Shown in pieces: positions 44,751-58,312 of a stretch of 64,000 nt of DNA. The DNA is from Macrostomum hystrix (taxonomy: Eukaryota > Animalia > Platyhelminthes), in assembly GCA_950097015.1 (NCBI GenBank), contig CATNEN010000037.1, forward strand, positions 1,302,001-1,366,000, in the 5' to 3' direction. Both the position numbers and the translations under genes were made by a program. Every line of letters begins with the position of its first letter. The stretch's first letter is position 1. Below the pieces are notes generated by a model. The model worked only from the letters and a program-made list of their open reading frames with translations, did no database searches and was not told where the DNA came from.

Positions 44751-45614
44751 AGGTAGTTGATTGGTCCTAGGTATATTTCTATCTGTTCATCCTCGAATAA
44801 TGCATCGGTCTCCAACAAACATTTTCGTCTCCTTATTTTAGTGGCTGTAGGAGTGAATCTAAAAGGTTAGCTTTATTTTTTATAATAAAAAACCTGACAT
44901 GAGAAAATGACGGCCAGGGAGATCGAAAACAGAAAAATGAGATCGCAAATGAGAGTGCATTGTGCCGACGAATAAATTATGGCGCTCCGCTGATATGCGC
45001 GACGCTGAGGCTCTTGTTACTGCCTGACCTCCGGCCTTCCTAATCAGCATAGTCAGACAACCCGGCGAGATGCCGCGGGAAGGCCTCAAATGGACTACTC
45101 ACCGCTCCGTGCATCAACGGCGGGGTGGAGCTACTGCGATCACCCCAATCTACCAGGACCGAGACAGCACTCCCAGTATGCCTGTTCCATCATTCATTAT
45201 TTTAGTAGAACGGATCGGATGGCAAGATGGAGCGAGAGAGAAAGAGAGAAAGAGCGAGAGTGAGAAGGACCAGTAGCTGATGACGATGCATCCAATGCCT
45301 AGCTTGAATGACGGGTTGCATTCTAGACTGCAACGGCTTGACAACACAGTCAGAGATGAGTCAGACACATATAGACTATTCGGTAAGGAAGGAAGGATTC
45401 TTCTAATTTTGGCCTTTAATTCAGTGCTACTTTGGTCCTGGGTCTAGGTTCTAGGGTTTTTAATACTCTTATTATTTTCGCTAATAAAGTCTTGGATTTT
45501 TCTTATTTGATTAGTGCTCAACACCTGAGCAATGGTTTCTGATTAAGTAGTGCCCAACCGAGAGCACTGCTCAGGTACTGGATAAAACTTAGATACTGAG
45601 CACGACTTAGAAAG

Positions 45615-45850
45615 CGAAATTGGTTGACCATTTCGGACTTCTAACAGACAGGTCATGAGTTCGAATCCTAGCCTTTGGAAGACAATTCCCTCAATTATCT
45701 GTGCTTCAGTTCTTCAGCTCACTAATATTGGTACTAGCATCAGCTGGGTTAGAAATTTGGACCATCGTGTGGCGATCTCATCAGTCCATGGACTGAGCAG
45801 CTGTACACAGTCACTGGATGCCTTCCATCTGGCCAACTGGACTAGGTACA
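45615..45850 (+). mobile_element. tRNA-derived SINE related to family B (CORE-like) with a different tRNA-like head
   Basis: GGACTTCTAA loop, B-box AGTTCGAATCC, TCTGTGCTTCAGTT, GCATCAGCTGGG and palindrome CAGTCCATGGACTG (45782-45795). Confidence 0.6.
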
Positions 45851-46346
45851 AATCTTTATGAATTCTATGGTTAATACCGAGGCATTCGGTCCAACAGTAG
45901 AAGAGGTCAGGCGAGATAGATAAATAGATAGACAGATCATTTTGAGCACAAGAAGAGGGTTAAAAATGAAATATTCGGAGATAAAACAGGAGCAGGAAAC
46001 AGCTAGGACTGGAGTAGGGACAAGGCAGTCAGCTATCTATAGAGGACCAGATGGCAGATAAGTCAAGTGCTCGGCCATCTCCAAAGTCAACTCAGGAGGC
46101 GGTCGGTCGTATTTCTTATTATTTTGCTTATCTAAAAATACAAATAAAATCGCCTAACAACTACATTGGGGATACATTGCTTTATCCAGCTCTTTCTGTG
46201 CGAGATCCCATTGGACGAATGCGACCAATGCGAGGAGGTGGAGGCGGTCAGCCAGAGACTTCATTGCAGCGACTTTATAAGGCCGTGAGGCAACTCTTTG
46301 CTTCTCTGTGTCCTTCTCTATCAGGCAATAGCAAAAGAAGACTGTC

Positions 46347-47299
46347 ATGGCCAGTTTCATAGCCAAGCAACTGGTGGGCAAGCAGATGGACAGTGTGAAA
46401 GGTAAGGTGAGAGATTGCCTGCTTGCGGCTGCGGCCTGGAAGTGGCTCAAGAATCCCATAAATATTATTCCCCAGCTAATCCTGCTGTGCGATTTTCAGA
46501 CCGGATGAACTCCACCCACACAGGAAGAGGCAATAAATATTGTATCAAGAAGTGGGTTCGTGCTGAATTTAGTCAGCTTTCGCGCTAACTCAATGAACTA
46601 AACCAGTGGTTTTAGATAGATAGATAGATAGATAGATATTCTTCTCTCACCGCCCGCAGGCGCAATCGGCAACACTGAGCAGATGTCTCCAGAGGAGGCC
46701 GAGAAACTGGCCGAGAGGCAGGCGGAGATTGCCGAAGCCCTGGCCGAGGAGAAACGGAAGAGAGACGAGAAGCATCGCCGGATGGAAGCCGAGAGGGAGG
46801 AGATGAGGCAGGGGATTCGGGACAAGGTGAGACTGGGGGGTGAGATGAGGCAGGATCTTAGGCAGACCCTCCATTGCACCCTCCACTGTGCCCAACACTG
46901 TACCCTCGATTGCACCCTCGATTGTACCCTCCACTCCACCCTCCACTGCACCCTCGATTGCACCCTCCACTGCACCCTCGATTGCACCCTCCACTGTACC
47001 CTCGATTGCACCCTCGATTGCACCCTCCACTCCACCCTCCTCTACGCCCTCCATCGCACCCGCAGTACAACATCCAGAAGAAGGAGGAGTTCAACCCGAT
47101 GCCCGACTCCGATGACGTAGCCGGTCGCCTGGGCCGAAAGCGGAAGACTCCAGAGGAGCTGGCAGCCGAGCGCGACCTCGAAGACGAGGAGGACTTCGCC
47201 TCGTTCCTGCCGGAGGGTGTGCGCGACACAGTCAAGAGCGTCACCGCCGTGCCGCAGAAGATGATTTCCGATGCGCAGGAAAAATGCGTCATTCAGTGA
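46347..47299 (+). CDS. CPLX: Complexin with C-terminal CAAX box; exons 46347-46401, 46660-46826, 47066-47299 (151 aa)
   Basis: MASFIAKQLVGKQMDSVK|GAIG...RDEKHRRMEAEREEMRQGIRDK|YNIQKKEE...KCVIQ; junction phases 1 and 0 consistent. Confidence 0.95.
46865..47062. repeat. 12-bp minisatellite (TGCACCCTCCAC / TGCACCCTCGAT) filling complexin intron 2
   Basis: Direct tandem repeat. Confidence 0.9.
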
Positions 47300-48688
47300 C
47301 TAAAAATTTTGCCTCTAAGTTGGGAAGGTTCTGGCATTCTTCAGCAATGATAAAAACATAAATTCTTTCGAAGTTTTTGGCGAATAGAATCATTGGATTA
47401 GATATTTGTGATATTTGCCGTTTGTTTCGTCCTACAGCGTGACTTAGTTTGCGAATGCATATTTTTATTTTTCAATGAGCTTAATTGCTGATTTAGCCTT
47501 GTGTTTGTCTTTTCCAGCATGCTTTCACAAGTTACTCCAACGAAATGTTTCGATCGAGGTGGATTCCTAAGTTCATTTCTCGCTGGAGAGTAAATTATAC
47601 CAAGGTCATGTCTCAAACGAGGTATATTCCCAAGGTCAAAGTATCAAGGTGAGATTCCGAAGGTCATCTCTCCATCTAGGCTAGTTTCTTGACACAATTT
47701 TAATTTAACATTATTGACTTGACTAAATAATGTTTTCTTGATGAGCAATTCATTCTATTGATTGTTTTGCACTTTTATTTTGTTAGTTGTATGGAATGTT
47801 TGTCAGCAAAACATTAGACGACTTTTTCTCCCTGTGTTGTTTTGTTTCCGATTGACAATTCGACAGTTTGTTGTTGACGGATAAAATTATATTTTTGTTC
47901 TCAATGTGTGCCGTTTTAAATACATGAAAACTGTTGAAGTTTCAACTCCATTAAATCAATTGCCGTAGTTTTCTCAGAAAAGGCGGCTTGAATTGGTGCG
48001 TGATACGTTAGCAAAATTTAACGAAATTAACATCGCTTACTGAACAGCTTCTGACAATGGCGTGCTAATGGGCACTTTGCTGGATAAAGGTTTATTTTCT
48101 TCTTTATCATACTCGACTTTAAAAGCACTTTACTGGTCGCAATATATGATACTTTTATTAGTCTATAATGTAGCCTAATATTATACCTGAAACTGCAGCA
48201 TTGGCTGAGTTTTTCGTTTTCATTTTACCAATTGGGTGAGTTGAAAAATATATTTGTCCGTTTTAGTTCTCTTCAGAGTGTATTTTTCAATTTTAAAAAA
48301 CCTTCCGAGATCCCATTTTAAAACCCCTGCCAATACCTCATTTCGATTTCGAATCACTGCTAAAATGATTTTTCGTAAACATTCAAAAATCCAAAATGGA
48401 TTTAATTTTATGTTTTTATCAATCAATATTTATTTCAACCTTTGTGAAAATGCTAATTACAAAAAAACTATTTTTAATCGCTTTTCAATGCTTAGCTTGT
48501 ACTCCAAAAGTGTTTTAGCATAAGTTAAGACTTTTTCGTCAATGCTTTTATTTATGATTTAATTAGCGATCATTTTTTAAGTAGCAGACGATGACAGTAA
48601 AATCTATTAATGACAGTAAAATCTATTATGGTTCATGGCCAGAAACTAGGTCGATTGAGCAGTTATTTTTCAATACATCTTCATCAAT

Positions 48689-50025
48689 CTCGAGTGATAG
48701 TATAGAGTGAATCCATCGTATCACATGTTTTACTAGCTATCACAGTAGAGTGATTGTATAGAGTGAATCCATCGTGTCACATGTTTTACTAGCTATCACG
48801 GTAGAGTGATTGTATAGAGTGAATCCATCATATCACATGTTTTACTAGCTATCACAGTAGAGTGATTGTATAGAGTGAATCCATCGTATCACATGTTTTA
48901 CTAGCTATCACACTCGAGTGATTGTATAGAGTGAATCCATCGTATCACATGTTTTACTAGCTATCACAGTAGAGTGATTGTATAGAGTGAATCCATCATA
49001 TCACATGTTTTACTAGCTATCACAGTAGAGTGATTGTATAGAGTGAATCCATCGTATCACATGTTTTACTAGCTATCACACTCGAGTGATTGTATAGAGT
49101 GAATCCATCGTATCACATGTTTTACTAGCTATCACACTCGAGTGATTGTATAGAGTGAATCCATTGTATCACATGTTTTACTAGCTATCACACTCGAGGG
49201 ATTGTATAGAGTGAATCCATTGTGTCACATGTTTTACTAGCTATCACAGTAGAGTGATTGTATAGAGTGAATCCATCGTGTCACATGTTTTACTAGCTAT
49301 CACAGTAGAGTGATTGTATAGAGTGAATCCATCATATCACATGTTTTACTAGCTATCACAGTAGAGTGATTGTATAGAGTGAATCCATCGTATCACATGT
49401 TTTACTAGCTATCACACTCGAGTGATTGTATAGAGTGAATCCATCGTATCACATGTTTTACTAGCTATCACAGTAGAGTGATTGTATAGAGTGAATCCAT
49501 CATATCACATGTTTTACTAGCTATCACAGTAGAGTGATTGTATAGAGTGAATCCATCGTATCACATGTTTTACTAGCTATCACACTCGAGTGATTGTATA
49601 GAGTGAATCCATCGTATCACATGTTTTACTAGCTATCACACTCGAGTGATTGTATAGAGTGAATCCATTGTATCACATGTTTTACTAGCTATCACACTCG
49701 AGGGATTGTATAGAGTGAATCCATTGTGTCACATGTTTTACTAGCTATCACAGTAGAGTGATTGTATAGAGTGAATCCATTGTATCACATGTTTTACTAG
49801 CTATCACAGTAGAGTGATTGTATAGAGTGAATCCATTGTATCACATGTTTTACTAGCTATCACAGTAGAGTGATTGTATAGAGTGAATCCATCGTATCAC
49901 ATGTTTTACTAGCTATCACACTCGAGTGATTGTATAGAGTGAATCCACTGTATCACATGTTTTACAAGCTATCACAGTAGAGTGATTGTATAGAGTGAAT
50001 CCACTGTATCACATGTTTTACAAGC
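48689..50025. repeat. 56-bp minisatellite (GAGTGATTGTATAGAGTGAATCCATCGTATCACATGTTTTACTAGCTATCACAGTA), about 24 copies
   Basis: 56-bp period (48804, 48860, ...). Confidence 0.97.
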
Positions 50026-50534
50026 CATTATGCTACAGACGCTAACGTACTACATTCTCAATCAGTGCCAATCGGCAAGATTTACTGATAAATCAAATCC
50101 TTAAGTTGTCCCCTAGCTGAGGCAGATGCTAATTCAGTTCCCTGTCGCTGACAAAAGTATCAAATGCAGATTTCGCCGAAGCAACTCCTCCTAGGGCTGC
50201 TGCTCTCTGGAGAAGTCTTCTACTAAAAGCTTTCCCTCGCTCCGTGTGAAACATGAGCCCTGTGTGGCGTTTTTTTGTCACATCTTCCTTTCAGCTACAT
50301 CCGTGCACATATACTGGTTTGTCTGCATGGGACTTAGCCGGTAATTGCTAAAAAAGCCTTCACATCCCTATGCAGGCAGGCTCTCTTGTTCCTCTCTTGT
50401 TCATTCAGCAAACTTCACCAGGCGCGGTGCTGTAGCAAAACTGTTTTCTGTTAAACTTCCTCTTTGTCAAGTCAAAAAAGCGGAACTTTCAGATAAGTGA
50501 AATACCTTTAGTTTGTGAGGCCCTATCTTTTGGG

Positions 50535-53500
50535 ATCTAATTCGGAGAATCTGTAATTCAGAGAATCTGTAATTCGGAGAATCTGTAATTCAGAGAATCT
50601 GTAATTTGGAGAATCTGTAATTCGGAGAATCTGTAATTCGGAGAATCTGTAATTCGGGGAATCTGTAATTCGGAGAATCTGTAATTCGGGGAATCTGTAA
50701 TTCGGAGAATCTGTAATTCGGGGAATCTGTAATTCGGAGAATCTGTAATTCGGAGAATCTGTAATTCGGAGAATCTGTAATTCGGAGAATCTGTAATTCG
50801 GAGAATCTGTAATTCGGGGAATCTCTAATTCGGAGAATCTGTAATTCGGGGAATCTGTAATTCGGTGAATCTGTAATTCGGAGAATCTGTAATTCGGAGA
50901 ATCTGTAATTCGGAGAATCTGTAATTCGGAGAATCTGTAATTCGGGGAATCTGTAATTCGGAGAATCTGTAATTATCTGCAATTCTGTAATTCAGAGAAT
51001 CTGTAATTCGGAGAATCTGTAATTCGGAGAATCTGTAATTATCTGCAATTCTGTAATTCAGAGAATCTGTAATTCGGAGAATCTGTAATTTGGAGAATCT
51101 GTAATTCAGAGAATCTGTAATTCGGAGAATCTGTAATTCGGAGAATCTGTAATTCGGAGAATCTGTAATTCGGAGAATCTGTAATTCGGAGAATCTGTAA
51201 TTCGGGGAATCTGTAATTCGGAGAATCTGTAATTCGGAGAATCTGTAATTTGGAGAATCTGTAATTCAGAGAATCTGTAATTCGGAGAATCTGTAATTCG
51301 GAGAATCTGTAATTCGGAGAATCTGTAATTCGGAGAATCTGTAATTCGGAGAATCTGTAATTCGGGGAATCTGTAATTCGGAGAATCTGTAATTCGGAGA
51401 ATCTGTAATTCGGAGAATCTGTAATTATCTGCAATTCTGTAATTCAGAGAATCTGTAATTCGGAGAATCTTTACTTCGGAGAATCTTTAATTCGGAGAAT
51501 CTGTAATTCGGAAAATCTGTAATTCGGAGAATCTTTACTTCGGAGAATCTGTAATTCGGAGAATCTTTACTTCGGAGAATCTGTAATTCAGAGAATCTGT
51601 AATTCGGAGAATCTGTAATTCAGAGAATCTGTAATTCGGAGAATCTGTAATTCGGTGAATCTGTAATTCGGAGAATCTGTAATTCGGAGAATCTGTAATT
51701 CGGAGAATCTGTAATTCGGAGAATCTGTAATTCGGAGAATCTGTAATTCGGAGAATCTGTAATTCGGAGAATCTGTAATTCGGGGAATCTGTAATTCGGA
51801 GAATCTGTAATTCAGAGAATCTGTAATTATCTGCAATTCTGTAATTCAGAGAATCTGTAATTCGGAGAATCTGTAATTCGGAGAATCTGTAATTATCTGC
51901 AATTCTGTAATTCAGAGAATCTGTAATTCGGAGAATCTGTAATTTGGAGAATCTGTAATTCAGAGAATCTGTAATTCGGAGAATCTGTAATTCGGAGAAT
52001 CTGTAATTCGGAGAATCTGTAATTCGGAGAATCTGTAATTCGGAGAATCTGTAATTCGGGGAATCTGTAATTCGGAGAATCTGTAATTCGGAGAATCTGT
52101 AATTCGGAGAATCTGTAATTATCTGCAATTCTGTAATTCAGAGAATCTGTAATTCGGAGAATCTTTACTTCGGAGAATCTTTAATTCGGAGAATCTGTAA
52201 TTCGGAAAATCTGTAATTCGGAGAATCTTTACTTCGGAGAATCTTTAATTCGGAGAATCTGTAATTCAGAGAATCTGTAATTCGGAGAATCTGTAATTCG
52301 GTGAATCTGTAATTCGGAGAATCTGTAATTCGGAGAATCTGTAATTTGGAGAATCTGTAATTCAGAGAATCTGTAATTCGGAGAATCTGTAATTCGGAGA
52401 ATCTGTAATTCGGAGAATCTGTAATTCGGAGAATCTGTAATTCGGAGAATCTGTAATTCGGAGAATCTGTAATTCGGGGAATCTGTAATTCGGAGAATCT
52501 GTAATTCAGAGAATCTGTAATTATCTGCAATTCTGTAATTCAGAGAATCTGTAATTCGGAGAATCTGTAATTATCTGCAATTCTGTAATTCAGAGAATCT
52601 GTAATTCAGAGAATCTGTAATTCGGAGAATCTTTACTTCGGAGAATCTTTAATTCGGAGAATCTGTAATTCAGAGAATCTGTAATTCGGAGAATCTGTAA
52701 TTCAGAGAATCTGTAATTCAGAGAATCTGTAATTCGGAGAGTCTGTAATTCGGAGAGTCTGTAATTCAGAGAGTCTGTTATTTAGAGAATCTGTAATTCA
52801 GAGAATCTGTAATTCAGAGAATCTGTAATTCGGAGAATCTGTAATTCAGAGAATCTGTAATTCAGAGAATCTGTAATTCGGAGAATCTGTAATTCAGAGA
52901 ATCTGTAATTCAGAGAATCTGTAATTCGGAGAGTCTGTAATTCGGAGAGTCTGTAATTCAGAGAGTCTGTAATTCAGAGAATCTGTAATTCAGAGAATCT
53001 GTAATTCAGAGAATCTGTAATTCGGAGAATCTGTAATTCAGAGAATCTGTAATTCAGAGAATCTGTAATTCGGAGAATCTGTAATTCAGAGAATCTGTAA
53101 TTCGGAGAATCTGTAATTCGGAGAATCTGTAATTCGGAGAGTCTGTAATTCAGAGAGTCTGTAATTCAGAGAATCTGTAATTCGGAGAGTCTGTAATTCA
53201 GAGAGTCTGTAATTCAGAGAATCTGTAATTCGGAGAGTCTGTAATTCAGAGAGTCTGTAATTCAGAGAATCTGTAATTCGGAGAGTCTGTAATTCGGAGA
53301 GTCTGTAATTCAGAGAGTCTGTAATTCGGAGAATCTGTAATTCGGAGAGTCTGTAATTCGGAGAGTCTGTAATTCAGAGAGTCTGTAATTCAGAGAATCT
53401 GTAATTCAGAGAATCTGTAATTCAGAGAATCTGTAATTCGGAGAATCTGTAATTCAGAGAATCTGTAATTCAGAGAATCTGTAATTCGGAGAATCTGTAA

Positions 53501-56500
53501 TTCAGAGAATCTGTAATTCGGAGAATCTGTAATTCGGAGAATCTGTAATTCGGAGAATCTGTAATTCGGAGAATCTGTAATTCGGAGAATCTGTAATTCG
53601 GAGAATCTGTAATTCAGAGAATCTGTAATTTAAAGTATCTGTAATTCAGAGAATTTGTAATTCGGAGAATCTGTAATTCAGAGAATCTGTAATTCAGAGA
53701 ATCTGTAATTCGGAGAGTCTGTAATTCGGAGAGTCTGTAATTCAGAGAGTCTGTAATTCAGAGAATCTGTAATTCAGAGAATCTGTAATTATCTGCAATT
53801 CTGTAATTCAGAGAATCTGTAATTCGGAGAATCTGTAATTATCTGCAATTCTGTAATTCAGAGAATCTGTAATTCAGAGAATCTGTAATTCGGAGAATCT
53901 TTACTTCGGAGAATCTTTAATTCGGAGAATCTGTAATTCAGAGAATCTGTAATTCGGAGAATCTGTAATTCAGAGAATCTGTAATTCAGAGAATCTGTAA
54001 TTCGGAGAGTCTGTAATTCGGAGAGTCTGTAATTCAGAGAGTCTGTTATTTAGAGAATCTGTAATTCAGAGAATCTGTAATTCAGAGAATCTGTAATTCG
54101 GAGAATCTGTAATTCAGAGAATCTGTAATTCAGAGAATCTGTAATTCGGAGAATCTGTAATTCAGAGAATCTGTAATTCAGAGAATCTGTAATTCGGAGA
54201 GTCTGTAATTCGGAGAGTCTGTAATTCAGAGAGTCTGTAATTCAGAGAATCTGTAATTCAGAGAATCTGTAATTCAGAGAATCTGTAATTCGGAGAATCT
54301 GTAATTCAGAGAATCTGTAATTCAGAGAATCTGTAATTCGGAGAATCTGTAATTCAGAGAATCTGTAATTCGGAGAATCTGTAATTCGGAGAATCTGTAA
54401 TTCGGAGAGTCTGTAATTCAGAGAGTCTGTAATTCAGAGAATCTGTAATTCGGAGAGTCTGTAATTCAGAGAGTCTGTAATTCAGAGAATCTGTAATTCG
54501 GAGAGTCTGTAATTCAGAGAGTCTGTAATTCAGAGAATCTGTAATTCGGAGAGTCTGTAATTCGGAGAGTCTGTAATTCAGAGAGTCTGTAATTCGGAGA
54601 ATCTGTAATTCGGAGAGTCTGTAATTCGGAGAGTCTGTAATTCAGAGAGTCTGTAATTCAGAGAATCTGTAATTCAGAGAATCTGTAATTCAGAGAATCT
54701 GTAATTCGGAGAATCTGTAATTCAGAGAATCTGTAATTCAGAGAATCTGTAATTCGGAGAATCTGTAATTCAGAGAATCTGTAATTCGGAGAATCTGTAA
54801 TTCGGAGAATCTGTAATTCGGAGAATCTGTAATTCGGAGAATCTGTAATTCGGAGAATCTGTAATTCGGAGAATCTGTAATTCAGAGAATCTGTAATTTA
54901 AAGTATCTGTAATTCAGAGAATTTGTAATTCGGAGAATCTGTAATTCAGAGAATCTGTAATTCAGAGAATCTGTAATTCGGAGAGTCTGTAATTCGGAGA
55001 GTCTGTAATTCAGAGAGTCTGTAATTCAGAGAATCTGTAATTCAGAGAATCTGTAATTCAGAGAATCTGTAATTCGGAGAATCTGTAATTCGGAGAGTCT
55101 GTAATTCGGAGAGTCTGTAATTCAGAGAATCTGTAATTCAGAGAATCTGTAATTCAGAGAATCTGTAATTCAGAGAATCTGTAATTCAGAGAATCTGTAA
55201 TTCGGAGAATCTGTAATTCGGAGAATCTGTAATTTAAAGTATCTGTAATTCAGAGAATTTGTAATGTAAAGTATCTGTAATTCAGAGAATCTGTAATTTA
55301 AAGTATCTGTAATTCGGAGAATCTGTAATTTAAAGTATCTGTAATTCAGAGAATTTGTAATGTAAAGTATCTGTAATTCAGAGAATTTGTAATTTAAAGT
55401 ATCTGTAATTCAGAGAATTTGTAATGTAAAGTATCTGTAATTCAGAGAATTTGTAATTTAAAGTATCTGTAATTCAGAGAATTTGTAATGTAAAGTATCT
55501 GTAATTCAGAGAATTTGTAATTTAAAGTATCTGTAATTCAGAGAATCTGTAATTTAAAGTATCTGTAATCGGAGAATCTGTAATTCGGAGAATCTGTAAT
55601 TCAGAGAATCTGTAATTCGGAGAATCTGTAATTCGGAGAATCTGTAATTCGGAGAATCTGTAATTCGGAGAATCTGTAATTCGGAGAATCTGTAATTCAG
55701 AGAATCTGTAATTTAAAGTATCTGTAATTCAGAGAATTTGTAATTCGGAGAATCTGTAATTCAGAGAATCTGTAATTCAGAGAATCTGTAATTCGGAGAG
55801 TCTGTAATTCGGAGAGTCTGTAATTCAGAGAGTCTGTAATTCAGAGAATCTGTAATTCAGAGAATCTGTAATTCAGAGAATCTGTAATTCGGAGAATCTG
55901 TAATTCAGAGAATCTGTAATTCAGAGAATCTGTAATTCGGAGAATCTGTAATTCGGAGAATCTGTAATTTAAAGTATCTGTAATTCAGAGAATTTGTAAT
56001 GTAAAGTATCTGTAATTCAGAGAATCTGTAATTTAAAGTATCTGTAATTCGGAGAATCTGTAATTTAAAGTATCTGTAATTCAGAGAATTTGTAATGTAA
56101 AGTATCTGTAATTCAGAGAATTTGTAATTTAAAGTATCTGTAATTCAGAGAATTTGTAATGTAAAGTATCTGTAATTCAGAGAATTTGTAATTTAAAGTA
56201 TCTGTAATTCAGAGAATTTGTAATGTAAAGTATCTGTAATTCAGAGAATTTGTAATTTAAAGTATCTGTAATTCAGAGAATCTGTAATTTAAAGTATCTG
56301 TAATCGGAGAATCTGTAATTCGGAGAATCTGTAATTCAGAGAATCTGTAATTCGGAGAATCTGTAATTCGGAGAATCTGTAATTCAGAGAATCTGTAATT
56401 CGGAGAATCTGTAATTCGGAGAATCTGTAATTCAGAGAATCTGTAATTCGGGGAATCTGTAATTCGGAGAATCTGTAATTCGGAGAATCTGTAATTCAGA

Positions 56501-56923
56501 GAATCTGTAATTCGGAGAATCTATAATTCGGAGAATCTGTAATTCAGAGAATCTGTAATTCGTAGAATCTGTAATTCAGAGAATCTGTAATTCAGAGAAT
56601 CTGTAATTCAGAGAATCTGTAATTCAGAGAATCTGTAATTCAGAGAATCTGTAATTTAAAGTATCTGTAATTCAGAGAATCTGTAATTCGGAGAATCTGT
56701 AATTCGGAGAATCTGTAATTCAGAGAATCTGTAATTCGGAGAATCTATAATTCGGAGAATCTGTAATTCAGAGAATCTGTAATTCGTAGAATCTGTAATT
56801 CAGAGAATCTGTAATTCAGAGAATCTGTAATTCAGAGAATCTGTAATTCAGAGAATCTGTAATTCAGAGAATCTGTAATTTAAAGTATCTGTAATTCAGA
56901 GAATCTGTAATTCGGAGAATCTG
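50535..56923. repeat. 6.4-kb 16-bp satellite (GAGAATCTGTAATTCR), about 400 units
   Basis: Direct tandem repeat with variant blocks and higher-order duplications. Confidence 0.99.
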
Positions 56924-57295
56924 CAAAAAGGATAATTTTCTAAAATAATTTTTTTATTAACTACGACCTGTTACCTCGCTGTGTTCTTAAAGACGTGCTT
57001 TTTGGTACTATCAAAATAACTCACCATTTTCACAGAAGGGCTCCTTATAAATCTCTTATAAAACAAGCTGCAATAAATTAAGCCCAACTTGTACCCAACT
57101 TGTACCCATACCTAGCTAAAAAATCTTTTTTTTCGGCACCAGTTGCGCCTAACCACCGATTCTGCACACTCAGCAAACACGTCTGCTGTACGACAAGCCG
57201 CGCTAGAAATACTTTATTGTATGATTTCTGTCGCTTTGATGTCAGGCCAAAAGGCCTTAGCCGGTAGGGGGGCGAATTATTTCCAATGGTAAAAG

Positions 57296-57505
57296 GGGCA
57301 GATCTCGGGGAGGGACTGGGGGGAGATCTCGGGGAGGAACTGGGGGGAGATCTCGATGTGGGACTGGGGGGAGATCTCGGTGTGGGACTGGGGGGAAATC
57401 TCGGGGAGGGACTGGGGGAGATCTCGGTGTGGGACTGGGGGGAGATCTCGGTGTGGGACTGGGGGAGATCTCGGGGAGGGACTGGGGGTAGATTTCGGGG
57501 AGGGA
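57296..57505. repeat. 24-bp G-rich minisatellite (GGGACTGGGGGAGATCTCGGGGAG)
   Basis: Direct tandem repeat, several G-tracts per unit. Confidence 0.9.
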
Positions 57506-57565
57506 CTAGATCACAATGAGCGGAAGGGAATATCTAGTAGAGAAAAGCGTAGATGATATGCGAGT

Positions 57566-57940
57566 GGGGTGCAGAGCGGCAAAGCGGTACAACGCGTTTA
57601 CCTCTCGCACCAAGGTCCCTGAGCTCGATTCCGCGGCGAGGCCATATTTACTCATATTTGAATCGCAGCCGCGTAGAGAAGGCTTTGGGGCTTGTCGTGC
57701 AATTTACGCCCTTGTGGGCCAACCAACCAAGGAAGGCACAGTGAGAGTGTACACTGCTCGACGATAAGAATTTCAGGGCAGATGTACACACCTGTGTGAG
57801 TGTGTGCCTGTGTACAGTATCGGCATGCTTGTATGCTCAGGGGTCAGCGAAATCGGCAGAATTGCCTCCTCTATGACCGCGGGTCTAGTGTCATCAAATG
57901 ATGTACCATTGCCCGCAGCCCTCCTGCAATTATTATTATT
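57566..57940 (+). mobile_element. tRNA-derived SINE family A, copy 3 (more diverged)
   Basis: Homologous to copies 1 and 2 along its length; (ATT)4 tail. Confidence 0.85.
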
Positions 57941-58312
57941 CGGCGCTCGCCGCGGCCCTGGCAGCGAGACGACCGACTCCCTGTACCAGCGAGCGCGCCT
58001 GACGCGGCCTTCTGCCCTGCTGAGCAAGCGACGTCTGCGGCTTGCCGGGCATGTCATCCGGGCCGAAGCCTACTGCCCAGAGCCGCTGCAGGAAGTCCTG
58101 CTGTGGACTCCGCAGGGACCTCGCAGGCGCGGACAGGGACGAACGGCTCGCTACATCGACCGTCTTTTTGATGATGCGCGAGCACCCAGCCAGGCAGCCG
58201 GCGTGAAGCACGTCAGAGACCTTGTCCTGAAGCCCGCGTTTTGACGCCCCCCCTTTTTTGGCCACTTGTGGTCGGCGCGGGGCGTGAGATTATTATTATT
58301 ATTATTATTATT
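57941..58312 (+). mobile_element. 5'-truncated RTE-like LINE 3' end with (ATT)n tail
   Basis: LYQRARLTRPSALLSKRRLRLAGHVIR...VLLWTPQGPRRRGQGRTARYID is typical RTE-clade ORF C-terminus; 3'UTR stem ACGCCCC/GGGGCGT; tail at 58289-58312. Confidence 0.8.
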
